From IMG/VR virus record IMGVR_UViG_3300030330_003269, positions 32,766-96,765 of that record: 64,000 nt of DNA. One strand, given 5' to 3'. The number at the start of each line of letters is the position of its first letter. The first letter of the stretch is position 1. This document shows, piece by piece, positions 29,084 through 37,624 of the stretch. The notes below the pieces were generated by a model that was not told where the DNA came from, ran no database searches, and was given only the letters and a program-made list of their open reading frames with translations. Source of the stretch: a virus. Its lineage: Duplodnaviria > Caudoviricetes. Made by a program: the position numbers and the translations under genes.

Positions 29084-29243
29084 CCTCCTTTTTCTTCTTT
29101 CGGCGGATTGCCTTTTGATTAAACATAGCAGGTGCAGAAGCGGTCGTTACTGCTCCAGCCATCTTTTCTTCTTCTTTTGCTGGAATAGGTTCGGGTGGAT
29201 TTCTGTGATACTCACAGTATTTGAGAACATCTTTCCAACTCAT
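29067..29243 (-). CDS. small MSWKDVLK-leader protein
   Basis: ATGA-coupled start at 29243. Confidence 0.7.
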   Translation of the reverse strand: MSWKDVLKYCEYHRNPPEPIPAKEEEKMAGAVTTASAPAMFNQKAIRRKKKKEDEEYA

Positions 29244-29350
29244 TCCTTTTTCCCACCCGTAGCGAAACACTTCTTGGTTTTCTTTTCTTCTTCGTCAATC
29301 TTTTTAGATTGCGAATCAAACCACGAATCAAGATAGGAACAACGAGTCAT
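29240..29350 (-). CDS. 36-aa protein (not in ORF track)
   Basis: MTRCSYLDSWFDSQSKK...; GAGG RBS; fills the operon gap. Confidence 0.55.
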   Translation of the reverse strand: MTRCSYLDSWFDSQSKKIDEEEKKTKKCFATGGKKE

Positions 29351-29352
29351 GT

Positions 29353-29538
29353 TTATTCCTCTTTCTTTTTTGCATCTTTAGCGGCTTCCTTCATAGGTTC
29401 GGTAGTGTTGCCATCTTTGTCCAAATCAATATAATCTGGCTTTGCACCCTTCTTTTCAAACAATTGTTTTTCAAATCGTTTTTTCCTACAATCTTCACAA
29501 TCACAATCGCCTTTACGAACAATGTCTTTCCAACTCAT
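29353..29538 (-). CDS. small MSWKDIVRK-leader protein with DxDxDG loop
   Basis: CDCEDC; KPDYIDLDKDGN. Confidence 0.7.
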   Translation of the reverse strand: MSWKDIVRKGDCDCEDCRKKRFEKQLFEKKGAKPDYIDLDKDGNTTEPMKEAAKDAKKKEE

Positions 29539-29597
29539 AGATGCGACCTCAACCTAACCGATGTTTCTTGACCTTATCAACCTTGCTCACTTCATGT

Positions 29598-30185
29598 TCA
29601 AGCGTTGGCAAAGATTCTGCTAATGTCTCCTTCAAACCTTTCATTTTCAAAAACTTCGTGAATAAAATGGTCATAGTGGTCAAGTAAATCAATAGAAAGA
29701 TAAGCAACATATGTGCCTCCACCTTTGATATTAAAATTCCCAGGAAGAAGGTCTGCACTAATTGATAAATGAAAAATATAGGTGTCTTCATCGGCACTAA
29801 AGCGAGAAAGCCCAAAATTACTGGTTGGGTGTTTCTTTAATTCCTGTAATATATAACAAGCGGCTTCTTCAGTTATATTATTAAAGGGTTCAAGTATTTT
29901 ATTAAAAAGTCTATATCTTATATAAGTTTCATTTTCAGGTTCTCCTGTTTCAAAAACATATTCTCCTTCACCTAATGTTCTAAAGTCCTCAACTGGCATC
30001 TTTATATTTTTATAGGGATATCTAAAGTAATCTCTAAAATCAAGTTTAGTAAGAACATCTACCATTTTAATTAGGCGTTCCTTACAATTGTCTTCTTCTT
30101 CTATCATAGGCTGATTGAAGTCCAACTGAAAGGTTTTACCTTTTGTTGAAGCGATTTGATTTTTAATAATGCTCCACCAAGTCAT
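29598..30185 (-). CDS. ASTKGK-FQLDF leader family, paralog 1
   Basis: MTWWSIIKNQIASTKGKTFQLDFNQPMIEEEDNC. Confidence 0.85.
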   Translation of the reverse strand: MTWWSIIKNQIASTKGKTFQLDFNQPMIEEEDNCKERLIKMVDVLTKLDFRDYFRYPYKNIKMPVEDFRTLGEGEYVFETGEPENETYIRYRLFNKILEPFNNITEEAACYILQELKKHPTSNFGLSRFSADEDTYIFHLSISADLLPGNFNIKGGGTYVAYLSIDLLDHYDHFIHEVFENERFEGDISRIFANA

Positions 30186-30796
30186 AGTAATTCCTCAATT
30201 GTTTGTTTTAAATTTTTACTAAGCAAATAAATTTCTTTTCCTCTACCTGCTGTTCTGCTTTCTGTAAAGTAAATAGATAGTGAGATTAAAAAGCCGCAAT
30301 AAGCACCGAGGTTTAAATCACGAATTTCAACACCAAAGTATATTGACATATTTCCTGGAACAACTTCATAATTTATTTTAGTCAGTCTTATTTTACTAAA
30401 ATCTCTAAAATTAATTTTTAATGTATAATTATTAAATTCTTCGTGTTTAGTTATATTATCAAATGCTCTTCTGTCCAACATCTCTAAGGCCTTGCAAAAA
30501 ACTTCTTCGGGAATTTTATCTGTGTTTCCTATGTTATGAGTATGATAACCTATAAGAACCCTTTTAAAATCAGGAAAGTCTGTTTCTATTTCCCATCGTT
30601 TTTTAGTGCTTTGTGAAGAACTCGTAGAAAGGATTGAAGTATCTGTTCTTTCGGCTTTATTTATTTTATCTATAATTTCAAAAAAGCGTTTTCTACAATC
30701 ATCCTCTTCTTCAATCATGGGTTGATTGAAGTCTAACTGGAAAGTTTTACCTTTAGTGGAGGCAATCTGGTTTTTAATAATACTCCACCAATTCAA
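30182..30796 (-). CDS. ASTKGK-FQLDF leader family, paralog 2
   Basis: MNWWSIIKNQIASTKGKTFQLDFNQPMIEEEDDC. Confidence 0.85.
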   Translation of the reverse strand: MNWWSIIKNQIASTKGKTFQLDFNQPMIEEEDDCRKRFFEIIDKINKAERTDTSILSTSSSQSTKKRWEIETDFPDFKRVLIGYHTHNIGNTDKIPEEVFCKALEMLDRRAFDNITKHEEFNNYTLKINFRDFSKIRLTKINYEVVPGNMSIYFGVEIRDLNLGAYCGFLISLSIYFTESRTAGRGKEIYLLSKNLKQTIEELL

Positions 30797-31620
30797 AATA
30801 CTAACGCCCCCTGTATAATTTGTTCAAGTTTATCATCTAACTCTGGATTTAATTTACCATCATCTCCATACCTTCCTTTATAGAAAATTCTATGTCTTAT
30901 GTCAGTAGTCGCCAATGGAAGTGATTCAGGGGAATCTTTCAAATAAATAGATATATCATAGGTATAATTATCAAAATTATATTCTTCTTCATTCCCACGA
31001 CTTTTTCCAAGTGTTCTTTTCTCCGTAAGAATTCTATACTTACCATAATCTTCTAATATGCTTTTACTAATAGCAGTATTTTCATATTGTTCTATTGCTT
31101 TACAATAGATTTCATCAGGGATGCTTTCATCAAATAATACAAAAATACCCAGTTCTGGTCTCATTCCAATAGGGTCTCTTTTTTCGTCATAAAAATGGTT
31201 TTGGTCATACGGACTCCAATGCGCGTCTGCCTTTGTAAGTCCTGCAATAGTCAAACTTTTTAATTTATCTTGAACTGCTAGGAATTTTTTCTTACAGTTT
31301 TCTTCCTCTTCTTCAATCATAGGCTGGTTAAAATCTAACTGAAATTGTTTGCCTTTGGTGGAAGCAATTTGTCTTTTGACTAAAGTGCCACTCTTACCTC
31401 TATTTTCTAATATCCGACAAGCGGTTTCTTCAGACAAATTATCTATATCATTGAGAAACAAATCTATGTTCAATAAATTATGTTTTTTATGAGCCCTTCT
31501 AAAAATATTTTTTAATTTTTCTTTGCACGGTTCATCCTCAATCATAGGTTGAGTAAAATCTAATTGGAACTGTTTGCCTTTGGTAGAGGCAACCTGTCGT
31601 TTTAGAATTTCCCACCACAT
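30793..31620 (-). CDS. ASTKGK-FQLDF leader family, paralog 3 (two fused units)
   Basis: Leader at the N-terminus and again internally after TLVK. Confidence 0.85.
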   Translation of the reverse strand: MWWEILKRQVASTKGKQFQLDFTQPMIEDEPCKEKLKNIFRRAHKKHNLLNIDLFLNDIDNLSEETACRILENRGKSGTLVKRQIASTKGKQFQLDFNQPMIEEEEENCKKKFLAVQDKLKSLTIAGLTKADAHWSPYDQNHFYDEKRDPIGMRPELGIFVLFDESIPDEIYCKAIEQYENTAISKSILEDYGKYRILTEKRTLGKSRGNEEEYNFDNYTYDISIYLKDSPESLPLATTDIRHRIFYKGRYGDDGKLNPELDDKLEQIIQGALVF

Positions 31621-31624
31621 AATA

Positions 31625-32215
31625 TCAACCTACAATATTTCTAATTGTTTCGTGTATTTTTTCAATATTTACATATTTTCTAACATTGCTCTTAAATACA
31701 TCATCACTTCTAAACGCAACCGATTCAATTCTTATAGTTGTATGAAAAGCCATTTTTATTCCTGAATCTGAGTCATACCATAAAGAATATACTAATCTTC
31801 CTGTCTTTCCAATTTCTTCAATTCTTACTTGTGCCATTGAAACTTTATCGTTTATTTTAAAATTCTTTTGTGCATTTCGTTTCAGATTTTCTAAAAACCA
31901 ACAGGCTACTTCTTCTGGCATATCGTTTAATATATCAATTTCAGGATTACTTCTAGCAAAAGTCACAGCAACAGCATCTTCCCAATTATTACCATCATTT
32001 ACTTTATAGTTAGTAGAAACATAAGGCCTATCATCAAAACCAATATCTTTCAACAAAAACTGTTTAAAATCTAATTCCCAAAATTTCTTAACAATAGCAA
32101 GAAATTTTTCTTTACAGGTTTCTTCATCTTCTACCATTGGCTCTGAGAAGTCTAATTGAAATGTCTTTCCCTTAGTGGAAGAAATTTGGTTTTTCAGAAT
32201 ATCAAACCAACTCAT
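31625..32215 (-). CDS. ASTKGK-FQLDF leader family, paralog 4
   Basis: MSWFDILKNQISSTKGKTFQLDFSEPMVEDEETC. Confidence 0.85.
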   Translation of the reverse strand: MSWFDILKNQISSTKGKTFQLDFSEPMVEDEETCKEKFLAIVKKFWELDFKQFLLKDIGFDDRPYVSTNYKVNDGNNWEDAVAVTFARSNPEIDILNDMPEEVACWFLENLKRNAQKNFKINDKVSMAQVRIEEIGKTGRLVYSLWYDSDSGIKMAFHTTIRIESVAFRSDDVFKSNVRKYVNIEKIHETIRNIVG

Positions 32216-32724
32216 AGGCTCATCTCCCTATTAGTCCACTCTTCTACAGTATCAATAAATTCATCAGTTTCTTTTTCTACTTTATCGGTTTTTATAGAAA
32301 ATCCAACACTATATATTGTTTCAGGTAAATTTCTACGGTCTATTAAAATACCTGTATATACTACTACTCTGTTATCAAAATATCCACTAGTTACTTGCTT
32401 ATATAATCTAACATAGTAACCATCTAAAGTTACTTCAGTTATACCATACTGCAATTCATTCCATAATCTAATTACCTCACAACAAACTTCTTCAGAAACT
32501 GAAGAAAGTTCACCTTTGAGATTTTGTTCTATAACCCTCCCACCTATACTATTTTCAAGAGGCTTAGATATATTATCCCAATTATTTTTAAACTTCTCAT
32601 ATAATTTAATAAGTTTACGCTTACAATCATCGTCATCTTCAACCATTGGTTGAGAAAAATCAAGTTGAAATTGCTTCCCTTTGGTGGAAGCCATTTGATT
32701 CTTCAAAATAGAGAACCAATCCAA
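32212..32724 (-). CDS. ASTKGK-FQLDF leader family, paralog 5
   Basis: TTG start; MDWFSILKNQMASTKGKQFQLDFSQPMVEDDDDC. Confidence 0.85.
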   Translation of the reverse strand: MDWFSILKNQMASTKGKQFQLDFSQPMVEDDDDCKRKLIKLYEKFKNNWDNISKPLENSIGGRVIEQNLKGELSSVSEEVCCEVIRLWNELQYGITEVTLDGYYVRLYKQVTSGYFDNRVVVYTGILIDRRNLPETIYSVGFSIKTDKVEKETDEFIDTVEEWTNREMSL

Positions 32725-32728
32725 GAAA

Positions 32729-33367
32729 TCACTTCCTTAGATTGTCAAACCATTTTTCCATCTTGTATTCATCTTGGAAAGCGGAACTGAATCCACTTTC
32801 GTCAAATTTAACACGGGGAAGAGGTTCTTTTCTTTCATCTGCCTCTTCCATTTCTTGTGCCTTATCGTAATAAAATGAGGCAGTTAGACCAAGTAAATAT
32901 CCCATAAGGTTTGTAGCACTTGGTAAGGATAATACTTCAGCGAACTTTTCCATCATTTCATCAGAATTAATTCCTAATTGCTCGGATAATTTTTCAGCCA
33001 TTTCAGAAAGTTCTTCTTTGATGACATCTTCTGCTAAGTCTTTTATTTTAGAGAGAATATTATCTGGCACTTCAAAAGGATTATCTTCACCATCTAAATC
33101 AAGTTCATCATCTGTTTCTTCGGGATTTTGTTTGAAATCAAACTTTTTATAAGTTTCATTTACACCAAACAACATTCCACCAATAGTAGTAGAAATAATA
33201 GTATCTACATCATCAGCAGAAATACCTTCGTTTTCTAATTTAGGAAAAGCATCATTGATGTAATCATAGGCTGCCTTAAAAACACCTTTGTTTCTTGGCG
33301 ATAGTTTATTGAAAACTACCGTATAGTTTGATTTACCGCGTTCTAAGATGTTTCTAAAATCTACCAT
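32729..33367 (-). CDS. acidic hypothetical protein
   Basis: 212 aa; ends KWFDNLRK. Confidence 0.75.
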   Translation of the reverse strand: MVDFRNILERGKSNYTVVFNKLSPRNKGVFKAAYDYINDAFPKLENEGISADDVDTIISTTIGGMLFGVNETYKKFDFKQNPEETDDELDLDGEDNPFEVPDNILSKIKDLAEDVIKEELSEMAEKLSEQLGINSDEMMEKFAEVLSLPSATNLMGYLLGLTASFYYDKAQEMEEADERKEPLPRVKFDESGFSSAFQDEYKMEKWFDNLRK

Positions 33368-33371
33368 AATA

Positions 33372-34562
33372 TCACCTATACCAATACATTTCGTCCATCA
33401 TTTTTTCCATTTCGTCAAACTTTCCTTCTTGGGAACGCTTAAGATAACCCCTCAAAACCGGTTCTGTAAGTCTCAAAAAGTTCCGAATATCTTCTGTTGA
33501 TGCCATTATCTCTTGAGGAGTAGCATTCGTTTCTCTCTTAAAATCACCGAAACTTGGCCCTTCAACCCTACTTTGACCTATAGAGGGATTGTCCATCACT
33601 CTATTATTTAGGCTAGCATAGACACCAAATTTAGCACCATTAGCAGTAGTAAAGCCCCCTTCCTTAGCGTTAGGAACTTCATCAAAAGTGAAAGAAATTT
33701 CGGAAACATTTCCAAACTTAACCATTCTAAATGGGCCAAGAACGCTATACATGTCCTCTCCCTCCAATCTTTCTAAATCAATACTTGGGAAATACTCTTC
33801 AATCTCTTCTTTGGTCAAGGCCAGTTCTAAATCGTCGTCCATTCTCTTATTATATCCCTTCATCGCTTCTTTGAGTTCTCTAAATACTTTCATGGCTGTC
33901 CTTGTTTCTTCACTAGCGACACTTCCCGCCCCCAAAACATCCTTCCAACTGCTAACCTTATTTTTACGACTACCGAAATCTTCTCTTAATCCACGACCAT
34001 ATCCGTAAGGGTCATAGTTTCTTCTGTCCATTCCTTGACCAAAATCTAAGGAACTACCATCATCGTCGTCAGTCCTAGGAACAGCCGCCATCGGGCCATC
34101 CCCATAATCTTCGGAATAGGATTGCATCACGGCGTTTATAATATCTGTTAAAAACACATTTAGAGAACCTGTCCCTTTATTCGTAGTCTCGCCATCTAAT
34201 TCAATTTCCGTCCTTCCTCTAGGGAAGTTTGGCATACCATCTTGTTCTTTAGCGGCTTCAACAGGAAATCTTCTCTTTTTGTTAGGATAAGAAACAGTCT
34301 TGGAATACTCACTAGTATATTCAAAAGTGCCTTTCTTGCCCGACTCTAATTCAAAGTCTCCTTCTAAACCAATTTCACGACCTTGTAGTTTCGTCATTTT
34401 TACATCAATATCTACTAATTTCTCCCCGGCAACCTCTAGCCTATCTTCATCCGTGTATCGCTTCAATTCTTGAGCAACGACCCTTTGACCATAATTACCA
34501 TTGAATTGCTCTATAATTTTCTTGGTATTCACCAATCCTCTCTTCAAAATGTTCTGCCACAT
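33372..34562 (-). CDS. MWQNILK-leader protein with internal SWKDVL (two fused units)
   Basis: Start refined to GTGATATT-ATG at 34562. Confidence 0.75.
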   Translation of the reverse strand: MWQNILKRGLVNTKKIIEQFNGNYGQRVVAQELKRYTDEDRLEVAGEKLVDIDVKMTKLQGREIGLEGDFELESGKKGTFEYTSEYSKTVSYPNKKRRFPVEAAKEQDGMPNFPRGRTEIELDGETTNKGTGSLNVFLTDIINAVMQSYSEDYGDGPMAAVPRTDDDDGSSLDFGQGMDRRNYDPYGYGRGLREDFGSRKNKVSSWKDVLGAGSVASEETRTAMKVFRELKEAMKGYNKRMDDDLELALTKEEIEEYFPSIDLERLEGEDMYSVLGPFRMVKFGNVSEISFTFDEVPNAKEGGFTTANGAKFGVYASLNNRVMDNPSIGQSRVEGPSFGDFKRETNATPQEIMASTEDIRNFLRLTEPVLRGYLKRSQEGKFDEMEKMMDEMYWYR

Positions 34563-34578
34563 AATATCACATCCTCTT

Positions 34579-34833
34579 TCACGAAGGAAAACTCTCCATA
34601 GCACTAACGGCCATACCTAGCCCTTTTAGAGCATTCTCAATTTCTTTCAATGAATACTTTGGAAAACCCCGTTGAAAGTCAGGACTACTCAACATATTCT
34701 GCATTTTAGATAGTTCTTTTGCCATCCTATACATTTCCTGTATTTTTTCTCCAACTTTCCCCTCAACTGCTTCTTCCGTCATAAAGAAGTCGTCTTCATT
34801 ATAGGCTCGCTTTCTAATCTCATCTTTCCACAT
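34579..34833 (-). CDS. cassette gene, MWKDEIRK leader
   Basis: 84 aa behind the 45-bp repeat. Confidence 0.75.
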   Translation of the reverse strand: MWKDEIRKRAYNEDDFFMTEEAVEGKVGEKIQEMYRMAKELSKMQNMLSSPDFQRGFPKYSLKEIENALKGLGMAVSAMESFPS

Positions 34834-34880
34834 AATATCACCTTAAATTTCTCAAAAATTTTTGGCGGATTTTTTTGCAT

Positions 34881-35135
34881 TTACAAAACACGCTCTTCCA
34901 AGAACATGAGAAGGTCGTGAACGGTTGCACCACCAGCAGGGAAATATGTTATAAAAGTATCAACAACATCAATTGACCTTTTATCGTCTTCGGAAAGGTC
35001 TTTCTCCTTCAATTTTTTCTTCAAACGGAAAAAGGAATTGCTGGCTTCCTTATGGTGCTTTTTTGCTTCTCTGAGCATTCGCCCCAGTTGCGGTTTCCAA
35101 TCAGGTTCTTCGTTTTTTAACATATCTTCCCACAT
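34881..35135 (-). CDS. cassette gene, MWEDMLK leader
   Basis: 84 aa behind the 45-bp repeat. Confidence 0.75.
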   Translation of the reverse strand: MWEDMLKNEEPDWKPQLGRMLREAKKHHKEASNSFFRLKKKLKEKDLSEDDKRSIDVVDTFITYFPAGGATVHDLLMFLEERVL

Positions 35136-35177
35136 AATATCACCTTAATTTCTCAAAATTTGGCTCGGAATTTTTTT

Positions 35178-35501
35178 TCAGTAAAATCTTGTAAAGGATG
35201 GAGGAGGGGAACCTTTAGGTCTGGTTTCTTTGTAATACTTCCCACTTCCTCTTGAGGGCGAAGGTTGCTTTTCTGCCATATCAGGAGACATTCCTTGTTC
35301 TTCCATTAATCTAACCAAATTTAAATATTCTTTTCTATATGGGGCAATCATGGCATTTAGGCCATAGTTAAATTGCCTAACAAAATCTTCACCGTGTCTT
35401 TTTTCCATAATTCTATATGCTTCTCTGTTTGCATTTTCTTTTAAAGCCTTTGTTCTTGGATTAGGGTTATTTCTTGCTTTTAGAATATCTTCCCAATTCA
35501 T
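35178..35501 (-). CDS. cassette gene, MNWEDILK leader
   Basis: Behind the 45-bp repeat. Confidence 0.75.
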   Translation of the reverse strand: MNWEDILKARNNPNPRTKALKENANREAYRIMEKRHGEDFVRQFNYGLNAMIAPYRKEYLNLVRLMEEQGMSPDMAEKQPSPSRGSGKYYKETRPKGSPPPSFTRFY

Positions 35502-35615
35502 GTTAATCACCTTAAATTTCTCAAAAAATGACTCGGAATTTTTTTGCCACTTGCGCCCTCATTTAAATGATAAAGAATGTATTCCCAGGATAAAAAGTAT
35601 ATGCTTTAAAGATTA

Positions 35616-35852
35616 TCAGTTTTGGCCCGTGTTAAAATCTTGTAGGCTTGTTTGAACTCTAAATGTTTTTAAATAATTGGATAAATTAGTTCTAACTTGT
35701 TTTAATTTATTTGTTATTTCTGATATTGCTGCTTTCTCTGCATCAGTAAGTTTCCTTGAATCTCGCTTATCTTTATTTGCTTCTTCTAGGGTATCTTTGA
35801 TTATTGTGAATACTTCGTTTAATCTGTCTATTGCCTCTTGCTCGGCAGACAT
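35616..35852 (-). CDS. small helical protein with C-terminal PIP-box-like motif
   Basis: Ends QTSLQDFNTGQN (QxxLxxF). Confidence 0.65.
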   Translation of the reverse strand: MSAEQEAIDRLNEVFTIIKDTLEEANKDKRDSRKLTDAEKAAISEITNKLKQVRTNLSNYLKTFRVQTSLQDFNTGQN

Positions 35853-36297
35853 TCTGTATCATTTACTGGGTGAACGCCATACCCTATAATGGTGGCGGTT
35901 TCACCTTTGAACATTTAAAATTAATGCTTTAGGGCTGCATAATTAAAGCCTTTTTATTCAAAATAGGTGCTTTGAACGATAATTCTTTAAAGCGAGAGAA
36001 AATAAAAAATTTGAAACAAAGCCATATGGTTGTATGTTCTTGTTAAGCGCGAAAAGTTGTTAATAACTACCATTTCTTTTTATTCGTTTCGTTAGATTCA
36101 TGCTAACGCTTTTCTATAGAACGCATTACGCAACTGTTTAAACATTATTTACAGCCATCTATGATGAATAACTACACCAGTTATACAAACCAATATAGTA
36201 GTTATTAACAACTTTACAACCATATGGTAGTGCTTTGTCAATAATCCCCAAGATTCCCCCCAAAAAGCCATGCGAAAGCGGGTTCCCCCCGCACAGG

Positions 36298-36339
36298 TCA
36301 TGTTCCCTTCTTTTTGCTCTTGCTTCCGCCTTTGCACAT
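36298..36339 (-). CDS. possible leaderless micropeptide MCKGGSKSKKKGT
   Basis: ATG about 20-25 nt after the TATA of unit 3, followed by a GC hairpin. Confidence 0.35.
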   Translation of the reverse strand: MCKGGSKSKKKGT

Positions 36340-36458
36340 GATATAGCGCAAATCCTCTAATATATGGTAATATCTCACAAAGTTTTATATTACCATATGG
36401 TTTGGCTTTGCCAGTTCACGGAAACCCCCCAAAGGGGGCAACGGGGAGTTAATCCGCA

Positions 36459-36965
36459 TCATTCCTCTTCTTGACCTCCTTCGGCGGATTTAACCGCTGG
36501 TGGGGTCATGTTGGGCATATCGCCATCAAGCGAGCCATCCCAACGACCTTCTTTGTAGCCAGTCAAAAGAGCCTTATACGCCTTCTCAGCGTAGTTAGCG
36601 GCCAATGCGTCAATATCAGCAAAAGCACCGCCAGTCCGACCATGAGGGAGAATGACCTGCAAAATCAAGTCAGCACTACCAATGGTGGCAAAGGCATTTT
36701 GAACCGCATTCTTCACAGAAAGCGCATTTTGCTCCACATCGTCGGGAAGTGAAGACTCCCGACCACGGCGAGCGACTGGGAAATCGTCATAAACGCTCCC
36801 AATACTTCGGATAGCCGTCCAGTAAGTAGAACGCATATCGTCGTTCTCTGCACCATTTCCAAGCATAATGCTCAATTCAATGGCCTTACCGTTATCACCT
36901 CGTTCTTCACGCTCAAGCCACGCAAGAACGGCATTCGTGTTTTTCGTCCAATTTTTCGTATTCAT
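36459..36965 (-). CDS. early protein, paralog family A
   Basis: GGAGG RBS; RSTYWTAIRSIGS, ARRGRES and PHGRTGG shared with 37625..38164. Confidence 0.85.
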   Translation of the reverse strand: MNTKNWTKNTNAVLAWLEREERGDNGKAIELSIMLGNGAENDDMRSTYWTAIRSIGSVYDDFPVARRGRESSLPDDVEQNALSVKNAVQNAFATIGSADLILQVILPHGRTGGAFADIDALAANYAEKAYKALLTGYKEGRWDGSLDGDMPNMTPPAVKSAEGGQEEE

Positions 36966-37260
36966 ATCAATTCCTCCAAGTGGGTTTGATGCTTCATAAC
37001 TCCCCGAAGCAACCAAGACCCCACTATTCAGTATAAGGTTGTAATTAAAGTGCAGGCAAAGCCATTACAACCATATGGTAATATGCTTTGTCAATTAAGT
37101 GAAACGACCCCAATTGCCACCTACGGAGAATTGAGCCCTTTTCTCCGTAGGTGGTCTTAATTCCCTGCCTTCCCTGTTTCTTTCCAGTCGGGTCGGGCGA
37201 ATTGGCCGAGGGCCGCCAATTATCGGGCTGTTTTGCCTCATGCATGAGGAATATGGTCGT

Positions 37261-37485
37261 TCACGCCCAAAGGCGTGAAGAAGCCTCAGTTCCGACTTCA
37301 AAGGGATATTCAAAGCCATGTGAATCAAGGTATTCCGTTTGAAAATATTCAACGAATCGCCAAGCATCAAAGCGTGGGTTATCGCATTTGAACGACCAAA
37401 TGATGATTTCAATGGTTCGGGGGTGAACCTCGGCGTTATCTGCAAGGTTTTCGGCTATTCGTCGGTAGTGCTGGCGGCTGAACAT
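37261..37485 (-). CDS. small leaderless early protein (DNPRFD motif)
   Basis: MFSRQHYRRIAE...DNPRFDAWRF; ATG about 20 nt after TATA. Confidence 0.75.
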   Translation of the reverse strand: MFSRQHYRRIAENLADNAEVHPRTIEIIIWSFKCDNPRFDAWRFVEYFQTEYLDSHGFEYPFEVGTEASSRLWA

Positions 37486-37624
37486 GATAAAGCACAAATG
37501 GTTCAATATAGGGTGCGTAGCCACAAAGTTCCTCTTACCATATGGTTTGAGACTTTGTTAATGTAATGGCGAACCCCAATAGCCCGAAGGCTAAAGGGGG
37601 CAACAAGGGGCTAACCTGTTGCAA

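Larger units (their letters stand above)
34829..35545 (-). repeat. three copies of an approximately 45-bp upstream element plus RBS
   Basis: Minus-strand A7-(T)TCCG..TTTTGAGAAA(T)TTAAGGTGAT..ATG at 34829-34876, 35131-35178 and 35499-35545. Confidence 0.85.

Noticed and set aside
29598-32724. Diversity-generating retroelement
   Set aside because: No reverse transcriptase and no TR/VR pair differing only at adenines
312-35889. Plus-strand ORFs opposite late genes (e.g. 5004..5552, 6330..7034, 11993..12475)
   Set aside because: Antisense shadows of real genes, Ser/Phe/Leu-rich, with no RBS
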